In this document: one piece after another, positions 10,753-22,552 of the stretch
How positions within the stretch are numbered: the first letter of the stretch is position 1
How the letters are laid out: every line of letters starts with the position of its first letter
Assembly: GCF_006345805.1 (NCBI RefSeq)
Contig: NW_021832423.1
Coordinates: 1-61,658, forward strand
Length of the DNA stretch: 61,658 bases
Direction: 5' to 3'
From: Octopus sinensis
Lineage: Eukaryota
The notes under the pieces: generated by a model
What the model saw: the letters and a program-made list of their open reading frames with translations, nothing else
What the model was told of the DNA's origin: nothing
Database searches by the model: none
Translations under genes and position numbers: made by a program

Positions 10753-11374
10753 TGTTCTTTTGTGACCTTTGATTATAGAAAAGGATCACCAGCCAGTCAT
10801 AAGTTTAGGTTTTGTCATTAAAAGGGTTAAGAAAGTAACTGGTTGGGCTATATATGCATATACACCCACCGGGTTTTCTAAAGCTAGCTACCTAACAAAG
10901 AGCCAATACGAGAGAAAGAGAGAGAAGGGGAGAGAAAGTGTGTGTGTGTGTGTGTGTGCGCGTAACAAATAACGGAAATCGTTAAGCTAAATTTACGCCA
11001 GCAACACCACAAACTGCTACTTTAGAAACTGGAAGTGTGCCTACCTGCATACCTGAGAAAAGAAAAACAGTTCGTTATAGGCAGGTAAAGAGAAGTAGTT
11101 AAAAGGTATTCCTTGTTTATATTTATTTATTTATTTTTGCTACCATGTTTACAGATATTTTGTTCTGTTTTTATTTGTGTTTGTTTGCTCTTTCTTATTT
11201 ATCCAGGTCAGTATTGATCAAGTAAACTTATAATCGAAGGCTTTCCAGCTGTGACCTCCTCTTTTAGTTATTGATTTATTATTATTATTATCATCATTAT
11301 CATTATTATTATTATCACTATCATTATCATTATTTTCATTATTATTATTATTGTTATTATTATTATTATTATTT

Positions 11375-11763
11375 TACGTTTCACTTATTTGACTGCGGCC
11401 ATACTGGAGCACCACCTCAAAGAGCTTTTAAGTCGGAAAAATTAACCCCAACTTATTCTTAGTATGCCTAGTACTTACTCTATTGGTCACTTTTGCTGAA
11501 CCGCTAAGTTACAGGGGTGTAAACACACCAACATCGGTTGTCAAGCAATGGTGGAACACAACACAGACACTAAGACACAAACATAAACACACACAAACAA
11601 ACATATAAATATGACGGGCTTCTTTCAGTTTCCGTCTAACAAATCCACTCACAAAGCTTTGGTCAACCTGAGGCTGTAATAGAAGACACTTGCTCAAGGT
11701 GCCACACTGTGGGATTGAACCCAGAAGCATATGATTGGGAAGCAAGTTTCTTACCACACAGCC
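11375..11763 (-). mobile_element. SINE family B, diverged copy
   Basis: Shared blocks gactgcggccatactggagcacc, aaacacaccaacatcggttgtcaag and aatccactcacaaagc. Confidence 0.8.
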
Positions 11764-12092
11764 ATCATCATCATCATCCTCCTCCTCATCAATCATCATC
11801 ATCATCATCATCATCCTCATCAATCATCAATCATCATTATTATTATTATTAAGGTATAATGTATCTGCTGGGGTTACACAAAACGCATTTTCTCAATGCT
11901 TCCTACTGTTTCTCCTTATCCTTGTAAGACGTCAGGTTGTTATTTGAGAAAGATATATTAGCGTTATTTCTAGCATAGAGGTTTTTCTAAGAAGTTTTTC
12001 CATGTTAGTGAAACTAGAGGTGGGGACGGGACGGGGAGCAGAGAAATCTCGGAAGACTAATATGGATATACGCACATGTGTGCACACACACA

Positions 12093-12296
12093 CCTTCCTA
12101 ATGCCAACCACTTTACACTTTGTCCTAGATGCTTTTTCTCCTTGCTACCAGTACTAGTGAGTTTACCATACAGCTTGCGTAACTAGGATCCCCTTTGACT
12201 GAGGGCTACAGCAGAGAAGCAGGGGGAAGCTCCTTGCTAGGGGATGATGATATAAGGTTTAAGTCTCAGAGAAGGGGCCAGAACAGAAGGTTTAAG
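12093..12296 (-). repeat. Left arm of a 204-bp perfect inverted repeat (partner 14520-14723)
   Basis: ccttcctaatgcc...agaaggtttaag reads as the exact reverse complement of 14520-14723 by eye. Confidence 0.9.
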
Positions 12297-12346
12297 ATAT
12301 ATTATATATCCACGTGTGCATGTGGATATATATATAATGTACATAT

Positions 12347-12578
12347 AAGGCGGCGAGCTGGCAGAACCGTTAGCATGCCAGGCGAAATGCGTAGCCGTAT
12401 TTCGTCTGCCGTTACGTTCTGAGTTCAAATTCTGCCGAGGTCGACATTGCCTTTCATCCTTTCGGGGTCGATAAATTAAGTACCAGTTACGCACTGGGGT
12501 CGATGTAACTGACTTAATCTCTTTGTCTGTCCTTGTTTGTCCCCTCTGTGTTTAGCCCCTTGTGGGTAATAAAGAAAC
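12347..12578 (+). mobile_element. SINE family A, monomer
   Basis: aaggcggcgagctggcagaaccgttagc...gtttagccccttgtgggtaataaagaaa. Confidence 0.85.
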
Positions 12579-14330
12579 ATATATATAATGTACACACACT
12601 CATTCACTTACACAAACACACAAATCACACCATCAAGATATATTACTAATGGCAGTAGCTTATTACTTCCTCTATGGTTGTTGTAACTTTTATTTATTTA
12701 CTAACGAACTAACGAACACTACCAGAAGACCTCAAAATGCTGATGCATAATGCATAACGGTTGTTTTAGAAATGGTTTCTTGATGTCAAATAGGAGATGG
12801 CAGTTTAATCTCTCTTCAGAAAGGATGTCAGTCTATTTTTGATGAATTTTTTTTTTTAGAATGTTCTAGCATTTATTCCCAATGGTTGCAGAAATTAAAT
12901 TAATTGTAGAGGCAAAAATACAAAGCATAGAAACAGCTCATGTTTATATATATATATATATATACATGCAGTCAAGTATGAGCTGTTTTGGCACAGCTGG
13001 TTTGATGTGGCCTATTTGGCATTACTGAGTTAACGCTGACTTATTTGACATCCCCCATTTTACTATTACACACATCTCTTTCTCTCTCTGTTTAAGTGTG
13101 TGAGCATATTTCTTAATTTTGGCACTGGAAACAAGCATATGCACATCATTATCATCATCATTTAATGTCCATCTTCCATGCTGGCAGGAGTTGGGCAAAT
13201 TTTTTGGTAAGAGCTGGCAAGCCAGAGGATTGCACCAAGTTCCACTGCTTGTTTTGGCATGGCTTCTGCAGCAGGATGCCCTTAATGCCAACCACTTTAC
13301 AGAATGAACTGGGGGATTTTTATGTGGCATCAGCCCATAAAGATAGAAAGAGACAAAGAGATAAGGAAAAGAGAGAAAGAGAGGGAGAGAGTGAGGGAAA
13401 GTGAGGGAGAGTGAGAGAGAAAGAGGTATTGTAATTTATTAATTGAACATGACTGATATAAACACTTTCCCCTCTCCTCATACGCATAGAGAGAAATACA
13501 CTCACACACATAAAGAGAGAGAGAGAGGAGGAGAGAGGGAGAGAGAGATTGAAACTTACTAACTGAACACAACTGGCATAAAGACTGCCACTTCTCGGAC
13601 ACATAAAGTGTGAGAGAAAGAAAAAGAGATAGAGATGGAGAGAGAGAGAGAGGAAGGAGAGGAAGAGGGAGAGGAAGAGAGAGAGAAGAGAGAGAGGAAG
13701 AGAGAGGGGAAGAGAGAGAGGAAGAGGAAGATGGAGAGAGGGAGAATGAGAGAAAACTGAAGCGTCTAGTGTTAAAGAAGCCAACATTGGATCAGTGACT
13801 CTAAAAAGAGCTATGCCAAAATATCTCATACACATGAATTACACCTCTGCCACATCATGGCCAACCTGGGGTAAAACAACAACAACAACAACAACAGCAG
13901 CAGCAGCAGCAGCAACTGTTAATTTCTCACTTATCACGCAAAGAGCTTTTCAACTTTTACTCTAATACAATGTAAACATGGAAATCACAGAAGCTATTTT
14001 CTTTGCTGCAACAACAACAGTCAGTGCGCTTTACTTATTGTGCTTATTTATATACACTCTCTGTTTTGTGATTGTGTAATTAATGAGATCATGCGCCAGT
14101 AAAGGTTTCACTTGGATGACCTCTCATGCAGAGGTCATCCAAGTGAGTTATGAGCCAACTTAATGAAACGAACTTTTATGTGGTTACCTGGTCTGATAGA
14201 AATCTCTCGCATAAAAATGAAGAAGAAATACATTTTGCATAATATGAGTTTGTGACTAAATCCACAGTTACTCTCATCTTCTTTCTGTAATGTAGGTAGC
14301 CAGGCAGCTCTTCCATAGCAAGAAATATGT

Positions 14331-14561
14331 TCTGTTCTGGCCCCTTCTCTGTGACTTAAACCTTCTGTTCTGGCCCCTTCTCTGAGACTTAAACCTTCTG
14401 TTCTGGCCCCATCTCTGAGACTTAAACCTTCTGTTCTGGCCGCTTCTCTGAGACTTAAACTTTCTGTTCTGGCCCCTTCTCTGAGACTTAAACCATCTGT
14501 TCTGGCCCCTTCTCTAAGACTTAAACCTTCTGTTCTGGCCCCTTCTCTGAGACTTAAACCT
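14331..14561 (+). repeat. 33-bp tandem repeat, 7 units
   Basis: Unit tctgttctggccccttctctgagacttaaacct. Confidence 0.95.
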
Positions 14562-14723
14562 TATATCATCATCCCCTAGCAAGGAGCTTCCCCCTGCTTC
14601 TCTGCTGTAGCCCTCAGTCAAAGGGGATCCTAGTTACGCAAGCTGTATGGTAAACTCACTAGTACTGGTAGCAAGGAGAAAAAGCATCTAGGACAAAGTG
14701 TAAAGTGGTTGGCATTAGGAAGG
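14520..14723 (+). repeat. Right arm of the 204-bp inverted repeat, continuing into an RTE-type tail to ~14862
   Basis: Reverse complement of 12093-12296. Continues gtggttggcattaggaagg...(GAT)n. Confidence 0.9.
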
Positions 14724-14899
14724 ACATCGATCCATAGAAACCATGCCAAAGCAGACACTGCAGTACAATGTGGTCTTTGGACTGATCTAGTCTTGTTCAC
14801 AATCCAATGCATGCCAGCATGGGATATGGACAATAAAAGATGGTGAGGATGATGATGATGATGACCTATTTAAATGCAAAGAGCAAAAGAATTTATTTA

Positions 14900-15152
14900 A
14901 TTCTGTTGTGTCCGGGGAGAGTCATTTTCTTTTTGTGCCTTATAATGTAACACACTCACCGGTAAAATTTCCACTTATTTCTTATTTTTATTTTCCTAAA
15001 ATTTTCGTTGAGTCTTGCAACCTTTTCAATAGTTTTGACTGTCCGAAAATTTTAGAAAAATAAAAATAAGAAATAAAAGGAAATTTTACCAGTGAGTGTG
15101 TTAAACTATAAAGGCACAAAAAGAAAATGACTCTCCCCAAACACAACAGAAT
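14900..15152. mobile_element. Fold-back / MITE-like element with ~105-bp inverted arms
   Basis: attctgttgtgtccggggagagtcattttct...aaattttcg (14900-15007) is the imperfect reverse complement of cgaaaattt...gactctccccaaacacaacagaat (15044-15152). Confidence 0.8.
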
Positions 15153-15869
15153 ATGCTTCAACACACGAACTCATATAAAGAATCTTGAAAACCAAATCCA
15201 AAAACGAAATATATTTAATTGTTTTTGTTTTAAATGATTTTATAGGTCTTGAAACATAAGCTTGCTGGATCAAAACTCACCAGAAAACAATGGCAGCGCT
15301 AATAATTACTGGTATACAGCAAATTAAAAGAGTAACTATATATAAGTAAGTATATATATATAAAAAAAAACCTGTAAGTGTCTGCATACACATACTTCAT
15401 CACCAAATTTGAAGAATTCACTAGAAAAATGTCTGCGAGATAGCTTGCTCATTTGGCATTTATCATGGAACTGTTTTAAGGTGGCACCATACCAACAAAA
15501 CCATGTATTTGTTGTTTAGCTCCAAGACAACCCAGATAGTGCAAACACACGATTAAAGCATCCTGTGACCATCTCATAATTTTTTTTTTTTTTTTTTTTG
15601 GTTTTTCTAAGCATTATATATCACGGACAACATTATTCAATGTGACCTTTGTTTCGTTATTCTTTTACCGTTTAGTTTTAACTCTTCTTGCTGTGAAATT
15701 AAATTTCATGGTTATTCCAGGAATTATGTTATTTATCAACAGAAAACAAAAGAATTAGTATTTTCTGCACATCACGTTGCCTCAACAAAAAAACCAAGTT
15801 TCAAACTTGGTGTTCTTCAAACAAAAGACAGATTGGTCTAGAAAACTGCTTCCTGCAGTTACGGGTTAA

Positions 15870-16143
15870 TTTTACTAGTTTCAGTCATTTGACTGTAGCC
15901 ATGCTGGAGCACCACCTTGAAGGGTTTTAGTTTAACAAATCAACCTACCAGGACTGAAATATATATTTTTTAAGCCTAGTACTTATTCTATTAGTCTTTT
16001 TTGCTGAACCACTAAGTTAGTTACAAGTTAGTTACTAAGTTAGTTACAAGGATGTAAACACACCAACACCGGTTGTCAAGCAGTAATGGGGGACAAACAC
16101 AGACACAAAGGCATACATACACACACACATGCACACACGCATG

Positions 16144-16185
<42 letters not shown>

Positions 16186-16345
16186 GGGTTTTTTTCAATT
16201 TCTGTCTACCAAAATCCACTCACAAGGCTTTGGTCGGCCCGAGGCTATAGCAGAAGACACTTCGTCAAGGTACCACATAGCGGGACTGAACTCGGAACCC
16301 TGCGGTCAGGAAGCAAGCTTCTTACCACACAGTTGCACCTGTGCC
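15870..16345 (-). mobile_element. SINE family B
   Basis: Family B tail, body and head in reverse orientation, with a small internal aagttagttac triplication. Confidence 0.8.
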
Positions 16346-17750
16346 TATATCTAATCTTTGCAGTAAACAAGTTAAAACAATAGGGTGAGGATCGAAACAG
16401 AATTGGTGGAACAGCAGATGAAATCTAAAACGGAAAAGCTGCTATTTAACCCCAAGTCAAACCTGCTCAAGCAGACTTCTTATGACCAAAGACACTCTAA
16501 CTGTGACCATCTCATCTGTTTTTTTTTGTTTTTTTTACTGGGTAGTCTTTGACTAGCAATGTCTCGATCGTTAAGTTTATATAACTTTGCCAGCCACAAT
16601 CAATGCTATCACTTCTACTACCACCACTACTTTACAACCTACATCATCATCTCTGGTACCACTGTTACTCCTCCTACTACCAACAACTACAACTACCGTT
16701 ATGACCATAAAATCTTTACATACAATCCCCCCCACCACCACCACCACCACTGACAACAATTATCATACAAACATCATCATCATGATAAAACTACAGCTGC
16801 TACCACAACAACAACAATTACAGTTATCACCACACTACTCTCACCACCACCACCACAACCATCCCCCTCAACACACCACCCTCACAATACCAACATCACC
16901 ACCCTCGTCACCATACAACAACCCCCACTATCACCACAACCATCCCCCTCATAATACCAACATCACCACCCTTGTCACCATACAACAACCCCTACTATCA
17001 CCACACTACTCTCACCACCACCACAACCATCCCCCTCAACACACCACCCTCACAATACCAACATCACCGCCCTAATCACCATACAACAACCCCCACTAAC
17101 ACTGCACTACCCTCGCCACCACCACACCACCACCCCATTCTCACCATGCTATCTCTCCCATGGCCACCCCTCTCCACGAGCCATCCATCTACACAGAATA
17201 CATCAGACTGTTTTTGTTGCAGTAGTAGTAGTAGTGGAAGTAGCAATGATGGTGGTAAGTAATAGTAGTAGTAGTTGTAGAGGTGGTTGTAGTGGTGGTA
17301 GTGGCGGTGGTGGTGGTGGTGACGAAGTAGTAGTACATCTCATCTTCATCACACAGTGACGATGATATGAAAAGATTCCATCTAAGAGACGACGCACAGA
17401 CAGACACCGTTAATAAACGGCAGTTAACAACAACAACAATAAACAGACAGAAAAACAGGAAACATTGATCAAACAGAATCAATAAATTATATCAGCCATT
17501 GCCTTCTAAAATTGTTGCTGTTACATCTTTCATTACTTGCCACCACCACCACCACCACCATCATCACCATTATCACCAACATTATCATTACCATTGCCAC
17601 CACTGACTATCAATATATAACCACCACCATCATCAACACTATCACTAACACCACCACCACTACTACCACTGCCACCAATACCATTACTACAGGTCCCAAC
17701 ATTATCACCATTATGAATACCATCACCACCAAAACCACAGGTTATTGGTA

Positions 17751-17779
<29 letters not shown>

Positions 17780-17801
<22 letters not shown>

Positions 17802-17965
17802 CTCTCCTTTTTTTCTCTCCTTGTTTTTTCTGTGTCCCTTTCTGTAGAAGAGCGTAGGCTCGAAACGTAAAAGACTTTTTCTATTCCTGAGCATTATACT
17901 AATACATCTGTTTGTTTTGTACACCACCTGTATTCGTCTTTTGTTTTCTTCATAAACTCTCCCTA
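17780..17965 (+). mobile_element. Penelope-like terminal-repeat remnant with a degenerate hammerhead-like motif, between (TA)n tracts
   Basis: cttt-CTGTAGAA-gagc gtag gctc-GAAACGTA-aaag at 17838-17873. Confidence 0.45.
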
Positions 17966-18701
17966 TATATATATATATATATAGATATATATATATATAT
18001 ATATATACATATATATATGCACACACATACATGTATTACAAATATGTATGTGTGTGTGTATGTATGTACAGATTTTATATATTATGGAAAAGGAGGTAGA
18101 ATTTTGGATAACTATTTATTTAGTACTTTAGTCGCGTTCCAGGGGATTATCAGAAATTATGTATATATATACATATATATATATACTTTATTTAAAAGCA
18201 GCAGACATTCAACAAAACCTGTTACTCGGAGTTTCGCGTTCCCATTCGTCCTGTTCCCGTTCACAAACGGGACGAATGGGAACGTGAAACTCTACCCCTG
18301 GTATTTGAGTACTCTTTTTCCACCTTGTTTCACATTTATGTGTTTACTCCGAGATATATATATATATATATATATATATCTACAGAATTTCACAAAACCA
18401 TACTGTTCTTTCATTTCAGTCATTGCAAAAAATCAACGAACATGTGAGAAGCACTGCAAAGTAAAGACACACCATGTGGCAGTGTGACTTAACTGAAAGT
18501 GACCAGTCGGCAGACTGATGCCTGATGGTCGCATCAACTGGCAGAAGCCTTAACTACAACATGCTTGTCGCACAGAAAACGTTTCCGGTCACTTTTGGGC
18601 TCTTCTTCGTATTCATGGAAAAACAGACGTTAAAACAATGACAATGATGATGATGATGATAAGTCTAGACAAGTGTACCTCAAACTTTTAAATATCCAGG
18701 A

Positions 18702-19100
18702 CAGCAGGAGTGGATGTGTGGTAAGTAGCTTGCTTAGCAACCACATGGTTCCGGGTTCAGTTCCATTGCGTGGCACCTTGGGCAAGTGTCTTCTACTATA
18801 GCCTCAGGCCAACCAAAGCCTTGTGAGTGGATTTGGTAGACGGAAACTGAAAGGAGCCCATCATATATGTGTGTGTGTGTGTTTGTGTGTCTGTGTTTGT
18901 CCCCCCAACATCGCTTGACAACCGATGCTGGTGTGTTTATGTCCTCATCACTTAGCGGTTTGGTAAGAGAGACCGATAGAATAAGTACAAGACTAGGCTA
19001 ACAAAGAATAAGTCCTGGGGTCAATTAGCTCGACTAAAGGCAATGCTCCAGCATGGCCACAGTCAAATGACTGAAACAAATAAAAGAATAAAAGAAAGAA
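18702..19100 (+). mobile_element. SINE family B, full length
   Basis: gcaggagtggatgtgtggtaagtagcttgc...gggttcagttcc (A/B-box-like)...gactgaaacaaataaaagaataaaagaaag tail. Confidence 0.9.
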
Positions 19101-20459
19101 AGAAAGAATAAATCCAAAGTCTAGAGTTTTTTTAGGGGGCCACACCAAGAAAAGTAAAACACAATTAAAGAAAAGAAAGGGAGCGAGGGCCCCTAGAAAG
19201 TTGTTTGAGGTTCACATTCGGCTCTGACGGCCACAACTGAAAACTGCTGGTCTATAGTCATTGGAACTGAGTGAAGGTCTCTATTAGCCATTTATTTGAG
19301 TTAACCAGCCCTGAGGCTTGAGTCTAATTCATACAGAGGTCAGTGGCCAACAGGCAGGGAAAGCAGGACACGGAATTGTGTACTGGACAACAATGAAGAC
19401 AACAGCAACAGATCATGGTTTTAATTGCTATTTCCCCCCACACCAAGCTATCACAGATATTTCTAGAACAAGCCATGATTATACACCACCAACACCACCA
19501 CCACCACAACTACAAATTACAACCAATCTACTACTACTGCTGCTGCTACAACTACTACTGCTACTAATACTGCTACTACACCTACTACTACAACTGCTAC
19601 TACTACAACTACCACCACTACCACAACACATTCACATCAGTAATACAATGGACTCTAGCACTCCTACTACCATTTGAACCATCACCAACACTTTCACCTC
19701 CACAATCACTATTCCACCCCCTAAAAGAACTCGCCACCATCGCTGTTGCTACTACTACTACTACTACTACTACTACTGTCACCACCGCTACTACCACCGA
19801 CACCCCCCCCCACACACCACCACAGATTATGTCTGTCAACCTTTCTAATTTAATTATGTAATGAATTGACAATGGAAGAAAGAAAAGGAAAAGAAAAACA
19901 AAAAAACTTCATTGTTTGTCCTCTTTTACCTCCCTACTCACCCCTCTCCGCTTCCTTACATCATCCCTACACCCTTACAACCACCCTCATTTCACCTATT
20001 ACCACAATCAAGGAAGGAGCCACTACAAGCTGAACCAGCTCGCTAAAAATAGCAGTCAAATTACATTCAAATCATACTACCGTCTTTAAAAAAAAGCAAA
20101 GGCATGGCTGGCCTTTTTCCACCATTGATCAATGTTACGTTGTCATGGAGACAGTAACTTAACCACCTCAGATGTTCTTGGGCTGTTTCCAGAAACAAGT
20201 GCCCACCCCCAAGTATGCTTACCATCTCTTTACTGATGGATCAGAGTAGAATAAAGTGCCAATGGCATGGATTGGTTTTACCATTAAGTATTCAAACCAG
20301 CCATATTCGACTAAAATATTCAACAAGTTTTGTGTTAAAACTAGCCAGATCTGGTCTCTCACACCTATCATACAATGTCTTTCTAAAACTAAGCATTTGC
20401 ATCACGAAAAAGTCTTAGCTACAAGATAATGTATGATTAATTTTTTTTTTAATGTGTGT

Positions 20460-20640
20460 GGGCATAGGAGTGGCTGTGTGGTGAGTAGCTTGCTTATGAA
20501 CCATATGGTTCCGGGTTCAGTCCCACTGCGTGGCACCTTGGACAAGTGTCTTCTACTATAACCTCGGGCTGACCAAAGCCTTGTGAGTGTATTTGGTAGA
20601 CAGAAACTGGAAGAAGTCTGTTATATATATGTATACATGT
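20460..20640 (+). mobile_element. SINE family B, 5' half (3' half at 22553-22745)
   Basis: Head ggcataggagtggctgtgtggtgagtagcttgc through gaaactggaagaag, then microsatellite. Confidence 0.8.
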
Positions 20641-20651
20641 GTGTGTGTGTG

Positions 20652-20692
<41 letters not shown>

Positions 20693-20846
20693 TCGGGGTG
20701 AGTACTTGATTCTACATTGAGAGAAGAACGAGATGGACGCTTCATTTTTATGCTGTTGCCGCATTATGTCGTACGCGAATGAGAGGATTTGCATCCCCAA
20801 CCAAGAATTTTTGATGTAACACATGTCCTTGTGAAAGTTGTTGTGC

Positions 20847-20924
20847 GCGGCTGAAGAAGGCCACAGACATACATTATGCATTGTTATAAATCCGTCTAAT
20901 AAAGGCCCGAAACATATGTACCGC
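20847..20924 (+). ncRNA. Minimal Type I hammerhead ribozyme, copy 1
   Basis: GCGG-CTGAAGA-aGGCC..(agac/gtct)..GGCCc-GAAA-CATATG-TA-CCGC: intact CUGANGA and GAAA core, palindromic helix III ACATATGT, GUA triplet, predicted cut after 20920. Confidence 0.8.
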
Positions 20925-21156
20925 TGAATCCTTGGCATCATGTTTTTATTTTGATTAATTTATATATATATATATATATTATATATATATATATATAGAA
21001 ATTCGGGGTGAGTACTTGATTCTACATTGAGAGAAGAACGAGATGGACGCTTCATTTTTATGCTGTTGCCGCATTATGTCGTACGCGAATGAGAGGATTT
21101 GCATCCCCAACCAAGAATTTTTGATGTAACACATGTCCTTGTGAAAGTTGTTGTGC

Positions 21157-21234
21157 GCGGCTGAAGAAGGCCACAGACATACATTATGCATTGTTATAAA
21201 TCCGTCTAATAAAGGCCCGAAACATATGTACCGC
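21157..21234 (+). ncRNA. Minimal Type I hammerhead ribozyme, copy 2
   Basis: Identical to copy 1 at an offset of 310; predicted cut after 21230. Confidence 0.8.
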
Positions 21235-21302
21235 TGAATCCTTGGCATCATGTTTTTATTTTGATTAATTTATATATATATATATATATATATGTATACA
21301 CA

Positions 21303-22190
21303 CACAGTGCGGTGAATAAATTGTCGTCTAAAATACGCAAAAATGAAAATAACACTGACATCCCATTTTAACAGATATATCTACCTAAATTACATAAAAA
21401 ATCTTAAAATACTAAAGAGTAAATTTATTCAATAAAATCACCATTGGCTTCAACCACAGTCTCCAGATGACTTCAGAATTTCCTGTAACTCTTCTGGGTG
21501 GTCTCCTTGTTTAAGTTGGTGAATGCTGCCATGATCTTTGCCTTCAGTTCATCTATAGTGTTACAAGGAGTTTTGTTGGCCTCTCACTCAACTGTGCTCC
21601 ACACAAGATAATCAAGGGGGTTGCAGTCTGAGGAGTTAGGTGGTCAGATGTTAGGGGTGATGTGGTCGCAGAACTTGTCTGACAGTCATGACTGGGTTCT
21701 CCTACTTGTGTGGCATGGAGCAGAGCCCTGTTGCCAGATATAGGGTTTCCCAGGAGCCACCTTCTTAATCCAGGTAAGCACCACCTCCTCCATGCACTTG
21801 ATGTAGGCATCTGTGTTGAATCTGAGACCATGAGGGAAGATGAATGGAGGCATAACGTCACCATCACTAGTGATCACTCCAAATACTATGATGTTGACTG
21901 GATGTTTGATTTTTATCACTCTTGGTACATGTCCTCAGATTGCACTAACCTCAGATTGACACCCTAACACTCTGGAATGTTCGTATTGGAGCTTCTGGCA
22001 CAAATGTCAAGTAGTACAGCATATTGTTTCCAAATTTCTGGCAGAGAATTGCGTCAGGGTGCTGTTTTTCTCACAAACGGTACCCAACTGACCCTACTAT
22101 GCTGTGTAGTCGACAAAATCAAAAACAAACAATGCACATGCACGAAATTAAAAAAATAAAATGGCGGCAATTTACCCAACACACCCTGTA
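21303..22190 (-). mobile_element. Internally deleted Tc1/mariner DD37D (maT-type) transposon
   Basis: Imperfect terminal inverted repeats (cagtgcggtgaataaattgtcg.. / ..cggcaatttacccaacacaccctg) in TA-rich flanks enclose a transposase remnant. Confidence 0.75.
21425..21925 (-). pseudogene. DD37D transposase catalytic-domain remnant
   Basis: KHPVNIIVFGVITSDGDVMPPFIF...WQQGSAPCHTSRRTQS*LSDKFCDHITPNI*PPNSSDCNPLDYLVW...DELKAKI...VEANGDFIE*. There are 37 residues between the QQ(D>G) position and the PLDY aspartate, and several in-frame stops. Confidence 0.85.
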
Positions 22191-22207
22191 TATATATGTA
22201 TATATAT

Positions 22208-22550
22208 ATCATCATCATTTAACATCCGCTTTCCATGCTAGCATGGGTTGGACGATTTGACTGCGGACTGGAGAACCAGATGGCTGCACCTGGCAACGAC
22301 CTCGCTCGAATGATGCTTTATACGTGCCACCAGCATGGAAGCCAGTCAGCAGCCCTGGCAGCGATCACACTCGGATGGTGCTCTTAGCACTCTACTAGCA
22401 CGGATGCCAGTCATTGAATTTGATTTCGATCTCACTTGCCTCAACAGGTCTTCGCAAGCAGAGTTTAGTGTCCAATGAAGGAAAGGAACGCACAAGTGGG
22501 CTGGTTACACCCCTGGCATAGGCCATAGGTTATGGTCTCACTTGGCTTGC
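22208..22550 (-). mobile_element. RTE-type 3' fragment
   Basis: (CAT)n-tttaacatccgctttccatgctagcatgggttggacg tail in reverse orientation. Confidence 0.7.
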
Positions 22551-22552
22551 TA

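Larger units (their letters stand above)
20689..21272 (+). mobile_element. Two tandem 310-bp units each with a Type I hammerhead (retrozyme / Penelope-terminal-repeat-like, family 2)
   Basis: aattcggggtgag...ttgattaattta at 20689-20962 is repeated at 20999-21272, flanked and separated by (TA)n. Confidence 0.8.

Noticed and set aside
16560-17170. His/Pro/Thr-rich ORFs (also 19.4, 22.7, 25.6, 26.7 and 34.0 kb)
   Set aside because: Degenerate (CAC/CAT/ACT)n low-complexity DNA with local duplications; no splice or homology support.
20621-21251. Duplicated MMPRIQRYICFG ORFs
   Set aside because: Antisense to the hammerhead repeat, run into (TA)n, and have no recognisable protein features.
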